From Escherichia coli (lineage in GTDB: Bacteria > Pseudomonadota > Gammaproteobacteria > Enterobacterales > Enterobacteriaceae), in the NCBI RefSeq assembly GCF_024298765.1, contig NZ_CP101210.1: a DNA stretch of 64,000 bases; one strand, given 5' to 3'. Below the pieces are notes generated by a model. That model did no database searches. It was not told the DNA's origin and was given only the letters and a program-made list of their open reading frames with translations. Both the position numbers and the translations under genes were made by a program. Shown one piece after another: positions 38,482 to 47,356 of the stretch (position 1 is its first letter; each line of letters starts with the position of its first letter).

Positions 38482-38958
38482 TTAAAGCAGACCATGTTCG
38501 GCAAAGGAGAAAACCTGGCTGCCACCGACTATCAGATGGTCCGGCACCCGGATATCCACCAGGCCCAGTGCCTGTACCAGACGTTCCGTGATAAGGCGGT
38601 CTGCCTTGCTGGGTGTGACTTCACCGGACGGGTGATTGTGCGCCAGCACCACGGCAGCGGCATTGTGGTACAGGGCGCGTTTAATCACTTCCCGGGGATG
38701 GACTTCCGTGCGGTTGATGGTGCCGGTGAAGAGGGTTTCACCGGCAATCAGCTGATTCTGGTTATTCAGATACAGTACCCGGAATTCTTCACGCTCCAGT
38801 CCCGCCATGTTCAGAATCAGCCATTCCCGTGCCGCACGGGTGGAGGTGAAGGCCACGCCGGGTTCATGAAGATGACGGTCCAGGGTTTTCAGGGCCCGCT
38901 GAATAAGGCTGCGCTCGCCGGGCGTCATCGCTCCGGGCAGAAAGGAAAGCTGTTGCAT
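38482..38958 (-). CDS. yeeS: RadC-like JAB-domain protein
   Basis: 158 aa; HNHPSGEVTPSKADRLITERL JAMM motif. Confidence 0.85.
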   Translation of the reverse strand: MQQLSFLPGAMTPGERSLIQRALKTLDRHLHEPGVAFTSTRAAREWLILNMAGLEREEFRVLYLNNQNQLIAGETLFTGTINRTEVHPREVIKRALYHNAAAVVLAHNHPSGEVTPSKADRLITERLVQALGLVDIRVPDHLIVGGSQVFSFAEHGLL

Positions 38959-38969
38959 GGCCTCTCTCC

Positions 38970-39449
38970 TCAGTCAATGATGCGCATAATGGCGCTGCAT
39001 TCCGGATGCTGCAGGGCGTAATCCCGCAGCCGGTAATAATGGACCGTCATGGCATAACACTCCGTACGACAGGCGTGATGACTGTACGTCATCAGACAGG
39101 CAGCAATGCCGGCGGCTTCCGGGCTCATTTCAGCGCGGTTACCGTTCATGGCACTGAACAGTACCCATGTTTCGTCATCATCGTCATCCGGTTCGGGTGC
39201 CATAAATGCGCCACCGTTGTTCAGGGTGTACAGATTCCAGATACCCCCGCAGTAGTCTTCACACAGACGGTCCATCCAGCCGAAGATACGGGGCTCCAGG
39301 GTCACCCACTGTGGAATGAGGCCAAAATGCTGCGGCCAGAAGCTGATGCGCTGTTCATCAGGGACGAGGCTGGCAACCAGCTGAGGCGGATTATTCTCTG
39401 GTGTTGTAGCTGAATAAATTGTGGGGGTATTCTGAGAAACGGTCTTCAT
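38970..39449 (-). CDS. antirestriction protein (KlcA/ArdB/YfjX-like)
   Basis: 159 aa with acidic stretch EPDDDDDETW; position upstream of radC-like gene as in CP4-type islands. Confidence 0.7.
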   Translation of the reverse strand: MKTVSQNTPTIYSATTPENNPPQLVASLVPDEQRISFWPQHFGLIPQWVTLEPRIFGWMDRLCEDYCGGIWNLYTLNNGGAFMAPEPDDDDDETWVLFSAMNGNRAEMSPEAAGIAACLMTYSHHACRTECYAMTVHYYRLRDYALQHPECSAIMRIID

Positions 39450-39530
39450 GAGATAACTCCTTAAATAACAAATAAATGTGTGTTTTTCAGGAACGAAAGC
39501 TGAATGATTCCCTCACTCAGGGAAACGGCA

Positions 39531-40352
39531 TCAGCGCAGGCTCTCCAGCATCGTTTCTGCCATCACCCACAATGCGCGGTTGAGCTTAATGTCGGTATCA
39601 ATGCTGTGAATGGCCCGGGTATGGATACGTTTTCCTCTGGCACTGCGCCCGGAAATCCCGCCTTTCAGCATATTCTCCTGGATGGTCTGATAAGCACTCC
39701 ACAGGTCCTTACCGTAATCCTCCCGGCGTCGTGGTGTCAGAATGTCGGCGGTGGTGACGGGCTGATGTTCGTCACCATAACGGTAAGTCAGCGCCGCCTG
39801 TGCCAGCGCCTGGCGTGCCGGTGGCGGCAGGACCAGCGACTGCATGGCATCACGCTTCTCCTCTATCCGGTCAAACACGCCCACCACCTCGTAAGCCCCT
39901 TCAATGACTCTGTCCACCACATTTCCCCGGTGCGGAACACGTACTTCCCCCAGAGACTGACCACAGACGCAGCCGTTCTGGCAGACGAACCTGAAGTACC
40001 CCGGCAGCATCTGGTAGCTGGAGGTACCGTCATGAGAGTTGAGCAGAATAATTTCAGGGACATGTTCTCCGTTTATCTCTCCGGCCCGCCGCAGACGCAG
40101 CATGTGTTTTGTGTATCCCCGGCGGCCCGGGTCGCGCACACGGGTCTGGCAGGCGAAGAACGGCTGAAAGCCTTCCCGCTGCAGATTTTCCAGGACGGTA
40201 ATGGTGGGAATGTACGCATACCGTTCACTGCGGGAGGTGTGCCGGTCTTCCCCAAAAATACTGGGTACATGGCGTATCAGTTCTTCATGTGTCAGCGGAC
40301 GGTCACGGCGTATCTGGTTTGCAGCATAACCAAAACGACTTGCTAATCGCAT
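39531..40352 (-). CDS. DUF932-family protein (YfjQ/YafZ-like)
   Basis: 273 aa; conserved member of the CP4-type island backbone. Confidence 0.65.
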   Translation of the reverse strand: MRLASRFGYAANQIRRDRPLTHEELIRHVPSIFGEDRHTSRSERYAYIPTITVLENLQREGFQPFFACQTRVRDPGRRGYTKHMLRLRRAGEINGEHVPEIILLNSHDGTSSYQMLPGYFRFVCQNGCVCGQSLGEVRVPHRGNVVDRVIEGAYEVVGVFDRIEEKRDAMQSLVLPPPARQALAQAALTYRYGDEHQPVTTADILTPRRREDYGKDLWSAYQTIQENMLKGGISGRSARGKRIHTRAIHSIDTDIKLNRALWVMAETMLESLR

Positions 40353-40572
40353 ACTTTGCTCCTTATCGGTGGTTAAGATTTACTGGTGCAATAAATGAAA
40401 AAAGCCGCGTCTCCCGGAGAAGACGCGGCCTGACGGGTGAAATGAATAAGGTTTATTGTCTGAGAGGCCTTTCACTGGCGAGCCACGCATTAAGCGGCTT
40501 TCCGGTAACAATGGCTGGGGCTGTATTTACCTTTGATATTAATAATGTGCAGAGAAACGCATGGTTTACTCC

Positions 40573-40983
40573 TTAGATTTTAAGTTTGTCCTGGGCTACA
40601 ACGACAGGTTTTCCGGATGTGTCGATGACTCCTACCGTCGGTACGCCATTTTTGATTTCGAAGAACGGTTTGTTGCTACCTGAGCACAGTTGATTGTCCC
40701 CGTATTCAATCATTTGTGCTTTCCCGGTTTTCAGGTTAACTACCGAGACAGTGTAGTCGTAGCACCAGGCACCACCACGTTCAAGCACGAAAACATAGCT
40801 GTTATCTTTATAGTTGAACTGATTCTTTGTCTGGCAATTCATACCGTCAATTTCGGTACAGGAAAACGCTTCTGTAGTATTAACGTATTTGATGTTATTT
40901 GGCAGTTTTACTTGTTTCGCAGTAGCGAAGACAGAGAACAGAATAGTTACAGCAACGAGTAAAGTTTTGATAAAAGTTTTCAT
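40573..40983 (-). CDS. small secreted protein, unknown function
   Basis: 136 aa; N-terminal signal peptide MKTFIKTLLVAVTILFSVFATA; 4 Cys in mature part; hairpin plus T-run terminator at about 40401-40440. Confidence 0.6.
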   Translation of the reverse strand: MKTFIKTLLVAVTILFSVFATAKQVKLPNNIKYVNTTEAFSCTEIDGMNCQTKNQFNYKDNSYVFVLERGGAWCYDYTVSVVNLKTGKAQMIEYGDNQLCSGSNKPFFEIKNGVPTVGVIDTSGKPVVVAQDKLKI

Positions 40984-40998
40984 GATAGACTCCTTAAA

Positions 40999-41487
40999 TT
41001 AGTTAACCGCAGCTACGTAGTTTTTCACCAGATACGCGAATTCATGCACGCCAATTTCACCGAACCAAACCAGGTAGGCCGGGTCATCTAAACCAAAGTA
41101 ACGGTAGCCAACAACTTCATGGGTTTTTGGGTTATAGAGTGTTACGATAAAGTCCCAGCCGCAGGTATTGGCTTTGCAACCGTCGCCCTGGAACCAGACT
41201 GTACCGTTAATGTTTACTGGCGTGATACCTCCACCAGGGCCATCCATATAGCCGCCTTTACCGAACATGCCGCTCAGTCCGACCGGTTTTAATGCTTTGT
41301 CGATAGCGGCTTTGTAGGTAGCGTCACCTTCGTACAACTCGTACGTTGATGGACACGCTCCAGGTTGTTCAGCCCAGGCTTCCGGGTTACAACTAAGAGC
41401 TTGTTTTACGGTAGCCGCTTCTGCGTTAAAGTTAAAGCCCGTGAACAGAACCGCCAGAAATAACATAAGGGTATGTAAACGTTTCAT
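40999..41487 (-). CDS. secreted protein, unknown function
   Basis: about 163 aa from internal Met of ORF 40999-41790; signal peptide MKRLHTLMLFLAVLFTGFNFNAEA; Cys-containing motifs GACPST and DGCKANTCGWD. Confidence 0.55.
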   Translation of the reverse strand: MKRLHTLMLFLAVLFTGFNFNAEAATVKQALSCNPEAWAEQPGACPSTYELYEGDATYKAAIDKALKPVGLSGMFGKGGYMDGPGGGITPVNINGTVWFQGDGCKANTCGWDFIVTLYNPKTHEVVGYRYFGLDDPAYLVWFGEIGVHEFAYLVKNYVAAVN

Positions 41488-41817
41488 TGTAAATATTCTT
41501 CCGTTGTAAATGGCGCTGGAAAATTTCTCATCAGTGAAACCTTCCGGAAGTTTCCCCCCCTTGTATGATGTATATCGCCAGTATTTTATTTCATCCCGGC
41601 TGTAATTTTTATATTCCCCGGCACGTGCAATAACGCTGACCAGAGATATAAGGCTCATTAATAACTTTACAGGTAATTTCATAATTAAATTTCCAGTGAG
41701 TGAATTGACAGGTGAGGGGTAAAACTTTCTCTCAGGTAATATATATATGAAAATATTTTCAATAACACCAGACAGGAAAAACACCACCACAGGCGGTGGC
41801 GTTTCTTTGGGGCGTCT

Positions 41818-42888
41818 TTATTTAATCCGGGCCATCGCGTTTCTCAGTGCCAAATCTGCCTCTTCCGTTATATCCAGGCTTTTCTGCAATACCGCCTCTG
41901 ACCGGGTCAGTGCCTGACGTGCTGCCAGCGGTTTCCGGATATGCTCCATCGCCAGCATCGTGTCTTCATAGCCCTGCTGACGCCAGGCGTCGGTATGTGC
42001 CGATGTAAAACTGAGCAGACCGCCGCTGTTGCCACCATCACCTGCATATTTCAGCCTTTTCCGGGGACGGATCTCAAGGATTGTGGTGTCCGGAAAAGCC
42101 TGGCGATCCCATAAAGAACCCTCACTCAGATGCGTCACAATCACCATATTGCATCCGGCATCGACCAGAGGCGTCACAGGGGTATTTCCCTGCATATTTC
42201 GCCATCCTCCCATACCACCATCACCGAACATTGTCCCCTGAACCTCACGGGGACGGAACAGCAGGGGCAGCGCGGCTGACGCAAGCAGAGCCTCTTTCTG
42301 CTGTCCGCGGGGCAGGCTCTGGATATGCTGAAAAACGGCGTTTTTCGTGGTTCCGACACCCAGTTCAGCACGAATGCAGTCAATAATATCCTGCATGCCC
42401 CCTTCTGTGGGGTACAGCGACACATACAGCGGTAGCCCGTCTGCCAGAGCATCAGTATCAAGATAATGATCCATCAGCGCTGTCAGGGGCTCATCTGACA
42501 ACAACGGCTGAGCCATCAGATTGTCAAACCCGTTGATTGTCGATATATGGCGAAGAAGCGTCGTAAGCAGTGCTCCTGCACGTCCGGGGATCTGGCAGAG
42601 GTTCATTGCCTGGAACAATTTTTTCAGCAATGAAAAGTAAACCAATCTGTTTACCGACAGCACCTGATTATTCCCCAGATGATCCCAGAGCGCCTCCAGG
42701 CGTACGGCAGCTTCTGACAGATCGGGAGAGGCCGCGATAATGGCACCATTGAATGCGCCAATGCTGGCCCCTGAAACCATGCTGATCTGTGTACCACACT
42801 CTGCCAGTGCCTTAACCACTCCCGCCTGATAAGCGCCCACCGCCCCGCCACCGGACAGCACCAGCCCCGTTTTCATTTCTGTACTCAT
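41818..42888 (-). CDS. patatin-like phospholipase
   Basis: 356 aa; oxyanion-hole SGGGAVGAYQAG, nucleophile elbow GASIG, catalytic Asp motif FGDGGM; start codon overlaps upstream gene stop. Confidence 0.85.
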   Translation of the reverse strand: MSTEMKTGLVLSGGGAVGAYQAGVVKALAECGTQISMVSGASIGAFNGAIIAASPDLSEAAVRLEALWDHLGNNQVLSVNRLVYFSLLKKLFQAMNLCQIPGRAGALLTTLLRHISTINGFDNLMAQPLLSDEPLTALMDHYLDTDALADGLPLYVSLYPTEGGMQDIIDCIRAELGVGTTKNAVFQHIQSLPRGQQKEALLASAALPLLFRPREVQGTMFGDGGMGGWRNMQGNTPVTPLVDAGCNMVIVTHLSEGSLWDRQAFPDTTILEIRPRKRLKYAGDGGNSGGLLSFTSAHTDAWRQQGYEDTMLAMEHIRKPLAARQALTRSEAVLQKSLDITEEADLALRNAMARIK

Positions 42889-43790
42889 GCAGCCCCCTTC
42901 TGAAATATTTCATCGACCATACTTTCAGAGAGGCGTTCTGCAGAGCAGAGGCGAGGCATGCGAACCGGTAAGTGTTCTGCAGCCTGCGTGGTTGACCAGA
43001 TCACCGGATGCTGCTCTTCACTGCACCAGTCTCCCAGCCAGTTAATCGCGTCATGCCACTCGTTATCTGCCTGCTCCCGGCCCTGACCACCAAGCCAGTC
43101 CAGAGTGTTCAGACGCACGGTTGCACTACCGCCACTCTCCTGTGCCATCTGCGTTAATGCTTTATGTCTGAGAATATCCAGTAGCTGGTTAACCTGGCCT
43201 GTTTCGCTCTGACGTATCACATCACCAAACGCGCCCCAGCGAAGCTCTTCAAGTGCCACATAACAACGTCCGGCAGGGGAAAATGACGCATATCGCCCGG
43301 CGCTCCACCATGAGAATATCTGCTCAAGATGTAACTGCGCCCGCTGAACCTGGTCAACACGGTGGAGTTTTTCTTCAAGATGATTCAGTTTATGGTGAAC
43401 CTGATCGGCCAGGGTGAGTAACTGCTCCCGCGTATCTGCGGAATAATGCGCCAGCCTGGCTGTATCACTGACCAGTGAACTGACCCTGTCGTTTACCCGG
43501 GTAATCGCGTAGTTTGTGGTGGCAAGTGACGTTGTCAGCTCCGTCAGCCAGCGCAGGGATGCCTCAACGCCCTGTGCAAGCGAAGCATTGATGGCATTCT
43601 GCCGTGCAGCACCTTCGCCGCTCAGCCCCTCTTTTAACCGCCGGAAGAACGTGCGCTCTCCGGCCGTGCGGATATGCTCCTGTGCAACATCGATACCGTT
43701 TGCGAAATCAACCACAAATTTTTCAGGAAGACAGGTGAGTACCTGACATACCCGGTTATCAGCAATTTGTTGAATAAATGGTGAAGTCAC
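42885..43790 (-). CDS. coiled-coil protein, possible YjcZ-like partner of dynamin-like GTPase
   Basis: 301 aa, helical/coiled-coil character, no enzymatic motif seen; overlapping stop/start junctions with both flanking genes. Confidence 0.5.
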   Translation of the reverse strand: MTSPFIQQIADNRVCQVLTCLPEKFVVDFANGIDVAQEHIRTAGERTFFRRLKEGLSGEGAARQNAINASLAQGVEASLRWLTELTTSLATTNYAITRVNDRVSSLVSDTARLAHYSADTREQLLTLADQVHHKLNHLEEKLHRVDQVQRAQLHLEQIFSWWSAGRYASFSPAGRCYVALEELRWGAFGDVIRQSETGQVNQLLDILRHKALTQMAQESGGSATVRLNTLDWLGGQGREQADNEWHDAINWLGDWCSEEQHPVIWSTTQAAEHLPVRMPRLCSAERLSESMVDEIFQKGAA

Positions 43791-46183
43791 AGCATTGTCT
43801 CCAGTTCTTCCCTTAACGCCTTACTGTCAGTAATGAGCTCAGGAACTCTTTCATTTAACGCCTGAAGACGCCCGGTCAGCCGTTCCTGCGCCTGCTGATC
43901 GCGTTTATGATCTTCAGAGCTCTGAATCAGCGTGTTACGCAGCTGTTCAACTTTCTCCCTGAATGTACAGAAAAAGGCATCGATTTCCTGGCGGACGGGC
44001 TGGTTAATATCCTGCTCAATGGATGCCTGCAGCTCCCCGAAATATGCCCGGGTCAGTGACATCACCTCCTTCCTGACCTTGTTGATATTGATAACACTGC
44101 GGCTCACATCCACGTTATAGTTTTCCCATCCCCATTCTTTGGTGCCAATCCATCCACAAATCTTTCCAATGAAGCTATCCTTCCGACGGCGACGGGTGAC
44201 TGTCTCCGTTCTTTCCTCCATAAGCGCACTCAGATTTGTTTTTACCGCGAGCCGGGTCTGTAACTGACTGACTGCCGGAAAACTGATTTTTACAGTGAAG
44301 CCCTCATCCGCCAGGCGGGCATTGATACGTCCGGCGATGTTTTCTGTCGCATACAGGGCCGTACCACGAAAACCTGTTTCAATCCCGCTGACGATTTTCT
44401 CCAGCTCAGGCCGGAACTGTGCCTCAGCCTCACTGTGCAGGCTGGTCACGGTCGATTCGATTTGCGTCATCAGTTCAAGGGCTTCCCTGCGATTATTTAA
44501 TGTTATCTCGGGGTTTTCCGGATCAAAGACTCGTATCCTGTCATCCTCCCAGCCCGGGTTATTGATACCGGACCATCGATAAATCTTTCCCCATAATCCG
44601 GACCGGGACCTTCGTTGTTCTGTGTCTTCTTCCTCCAGCATTTGCTGTTCTTTGCGTTTACCGGTTCTGAAATAGTCATTCAGTTCCTCTTCCAGTGAGG
44701 TGCAGACCCCCGTGAGTAATTCCCGGGTTCTGGCATCGATCTCCTCCATGGCCATTCTGACATCAGCGGTCACCTGCTCCTGACAGTCCGCGATTTCCCG
44801 GATATCCGCAAGCAGGCTGGTGATATGCGCCTGCAGTGACTGAATGCTTTGCTGTAGCCCCTGATGGCGTAATGACAGATATTCGCTGACATTTTCCGCA
44901 TTCTGCATCAGTTTTGCGGCGGCAGAATCAACCGCCAGTGCCGCCGCTCTGGAATGGGAACTCTGTATGACTTCCGTTATCAGTTGATCGATAAGTGAGC
45001 CTTCCCACAGGTCTGTTGCCCCTTCAGTTGCCAGTTCGCTGTCTTTACAGACGTAATCTTTTTTCATGCGACCGAAAGCTTCCCTGACAAAATCATCGAC
45101 CCAGGCTTCATCAACAGGAAGGGTTCCGTTTTTCCGTAACTCATGAAGCGCACGGTTAGCCAGGTATGCCTGGCGTGAGGATCCGGGATAAACGCGGGAG
45201 GCGGGCAGCACATCGCTGTTCAGCATTGCCGGAACTTTCTGGCGTACGGCATCTGCCCCATCGCCATTGCGGTCTTTCTCATCAAATTTATTGACCAGCA
45301 CAAACAGGCGGCCAACTGATACGTCCGCAATGGCATTAAGCTCTTTACGGACGTCTTCATCCGCTTTTGAGTTCATCTGGGTGTAATCCATCACTGCCAG
45401 AACCGCAGAAGCTTTCTGCAGTTGATCCCGCATCATCACTTCCATCTGCGGCTGGCCGGCTTCATTAGGGCCGGGGGTATCCAGCAGTGTGAGTGTTCCC
45501 TGGCATGCATCCATCCCCACCAGATGGCTGAATTCCACGTCGATCACCGGCAGTTTCTGCACTTCTGCGTATTCATCAAAAGGAAACTCACTCCCCATTG
45601 CCGCAGCAAGACGAACCAGATCGTTTAACGATGCCAGTCCGGTAAAGATTTCCTCCTCCCCGTGGTATTCATTTTTGAGCCAGCCATCATCCGTCAGAAT
45701 ATCCAGCAGTTCACGGGTATCCCCGGTTTGCAGCAGGGTCTGTGCGACTTGCTGTCCTGCCGGGGTGGCGAGTTTTTCCTGCAGTGTGATTAATAAATTG
45801 CGGACAGGCTGAATATGTTCCAGATGGAGGACCGGCTCAGTTTTTCCGGGAACGTGGCGGATGAGTGTCGGTACAGAGGTCATGGGGCGGTTACGGTTAG
45901 GCAGAATTTCCTGCCCCACAATGGCGTTGATGGTGGTTGATTTGCCTGCTTTCATCGTGCCGACAACAGCCAGCACCATCTCCCTGCGGGCGGTTTTGAT
46001 TTGTTCGCCCTCCAGCTCCTCAATTCTTTTCAGCGCTTTCCGTTTATCAAAAAGCAGCCCGTTTTCGTTCTTACTGTCAGATAACACATCCGGCTCATCA
46101 ACCATTTGCCGGAGCAGATTGATATTCAGTTGCAAAAGCCGGTCGGCTTCATCACAAAGCAGGGCGATGTTCTTTTCGTGCAT
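43787..46183 (-). CDS. bacterial dynamin-like GTPase (CrfC/YjdA/LeoA-like)
   Basis: 798 aa; G1 GTMKAGKST, G3 DTPG, G4 NKFD in N-terminal third; long helical stalk C-terminally; RBS aggaagg upstream. Confidence 0.8.
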   Translation of the reverse strand: MHEKNIALLCDEADRLLQLNINLLRQMVDEPDVLSDSKNENGLLFDKRKALKRIEELEGEQIKTARREMVLAVVGTMKAGKSTTINAIVGQEILPNRNRPMTSVPTLIRHVPGKTEPVLHLEHIQPVRNLLITLQEKLATPAGQQVAQTLLQTGDTRELLDILTDDGWLKNEYHGEEEIFTGLASLNDLVRLAAAMGSEFPFDEYAEVQKLPVIDVEFSHLVGMDACQGTLTLLDTPGPNEAGQPQMEVMMRDQLQKASAVLAVMDYTQMNSKADEDVRKELNAIADVSVGRLFVLVNKFDEKDRNGDGADAVRQKVPAMLNSDVLPASRVYPGSSRQAYLANRALHELRKNGTLPVDEAWVDDFVREAFGRMKKDYVCKDSELATEGATDLWEGSLIDQLITEVIQSSHSRAAALAVDSAAAKLMQNAENVSEYLSLRHQGLQQSIQSLQAHITSLLADIREIADCQEQVTADVRMAMEEIDARTRELLTGVCTSLEEELNDYFRTGKRKEQQMLEEEDTEQRRSRSGLWGKIYRWSGINNPGWEDDRIRVFDPENPEITLNNRREALELMTQIESTVTSLHSEAEAQFRPELEKIVSGIETGFRGTALYATENIAGRINARLADEGFTVKISFPAVSQLQTRLAVKTNLSALMEERTETVTRRRRKDSFIGKICGWIGTKEWGWENYNVDVSRSVININKVRKEVMSLTRAYFGELQASIEQDINQPVRQEIDAFFCTFREKVEQLRNTLIQSSEDHKRDQQAQERLTGRLQALNERVPELITDSKALREELETML

Positions 46184-46244
46184 TATTTAACCTTCCTAAG
46201 ACGCATTTTCATGACAACCACGGAGGAGGTCATTTACTACAAAT

Positions 46245-46279
46245 GATCGTTTATAACGATCGATATGATAGTAACGATC
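46245..46279. promoter_or_regulatory. cluster of three GATC (Dam) sites in 5' region of the dynamin-like operon
   Basis: GATC at 46245, 46258 and 46276; aacgatcgat occurs twice 18 bp apart; 62-96 bp upstream of the GTPase start codon. Confidence 0.5.
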
Positions 46280-46400
46280 GATGTATTCTATTAACTTGAG
46301 AAACACAACGCAAGGGGACAACCCGGGTATGGCTGCGTTTGCATAGTGTTTTCATGGAGTTAAAAATCTGTAACAACAGCCTGGTACATCACCACCGGGT

Positions 46401-47312
46401 TCAGAAGAAAATCCAGTTCCATACCACGCGGGCAACAGAGACCACCGAGTCACGGACGGCGCGCAGAACCGTGCGTGCAACAGAGGCAATGCAGACGCTC
46501 TCCGCCGTGTCAAATATCCGGTCCACCGCACCGGTAAACTGTTCACGGGCCTGAGACCGGACAGACTCCGTGCGCAGCTCGTCCTGCAGGCGGGTCATCA
46601 GGGGACTGGCGGCATGGTCGGGAAGTGCTGTCATGAGCGCACTGACCAGCGTATCCAGTTCCCAGCCGGTGCGGGCCGATACGGCAACAACCCGATGTAC
46701 GGGCCGGAACAGACGGAATACCGCCTCCGTTTTTTCGCGAATGTTCTGTGCCTGTGCGGGAGAAGGCTGAATACCGGCCATATCCCATTCATGGCAGGGC
46801 TCCGTTTTATCGGCCTGCATCACCACAAACAGTACCCGCTGATGTCCCCGGTGCAGGATGTGTCGCCAGAAATACTCATCCACAGACAGGGCACGGTCAT
46901 CGGCTTTAATCAGCCACAGTACCAGGTCCAGTTCGAGCAGAATGTCACGGTACAGGGCTTCATACTCTGCATCCCTGTCCCGGCTCTCGCCCACCCCGGG
47001 CAGGTCAGTGATAACCATGCTGTGACCATGGCCATTCAGACGGAAGCGCTGCACTTCCCGGGGGCCGGCGTGAACATCACTGACCGGGGTGACCTCCCCC
47101 TGAAACAGCGCATTACAGAGTGAGGATTTACCGGCCCCGCTTTTACCCATAATGCCAGGCACGGGTTCGTGACTGGTGAGTTTGCGCAGATGTTCCAGGA
47201 TGTGACGGGAAAGTGAGTAAGGCAGGGAGGAGAGCGGTTTTTCAATTGCCTCAATGGCATCAGACGGATTCATACATGTATTCCCGGTGAAAAAAGACAA
47301 AACCCCGCGCAC
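46401..47312 (-). CDS. YeeP/YfjP/YkfA-family GTPase, apparently intact
   Basis: P-loop GIMGKSGAGKSSL, DLPG, VMQADK motifs; possible start at internal MNPSDAIE (47273). Confidence 0.8.
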   Translation of the reverse strand: MRGVLSFFTGNTCMNPSDAIEAIEKPLSSLPYSLSRHILEHLRKLTSHEPVPGIMGKSGAGKSSLCNALFQGEVTPVSDVHAGPREVQRFRLNGHGHSMVITDLPGVGESRDRDAEYEALYRDILLELDLVLWLIKADDRALSVDEYFWRHILHRGHQRVLFVVMQADKTEPCHEWDMAGIQPSPAQAQNIREKTEAVFRLFRPVHRVVAVSARTGWELDTLVSALMTALPDHAASPLMTRLQDELRTESVRSQAREQFTGAVDRIFDTAESVCIASVARTVLRAVRDSVVSVARVVWNWIFF

Positions 47313-47356
47313 CGGAAAGGTGGCGGGGGATTCACGGAAATAATATCTGTCTGAAA

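Noticed and set aside
39504-40346. 280-aa plus-strand ORF
   Set aside because: Completely overlaps the minus-strand DUF932 gene, which fits the conserved island gene order; likely non-coding.
40999-41487. Assignment of the 163-aa secreted protein as an Ivy-type lysozyme inhibitor
   Set aside because: Only a loose resemblance of DGCKANTCGWD to the Ivy CKPHDC loop; insufficient without a profile search, so left as unknown function.
40999-41790. Full 263-aa ORF with upstream hydrophobic segment MKLPVKLLMSLISLVSVIARA
   Set aside because: The N-terminal 100 codons are extremely AT-rich promoter-like DNA; the internal Met at 41487 gives a canonical signal peptide, so the shorter gene is preferred. 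The long form is not excluded.
46614-47123. 169-aa plus-strand ORF
   Set aside because: Antisense to the YeeP-like GTPase gene, which has clear P-loop motifs.
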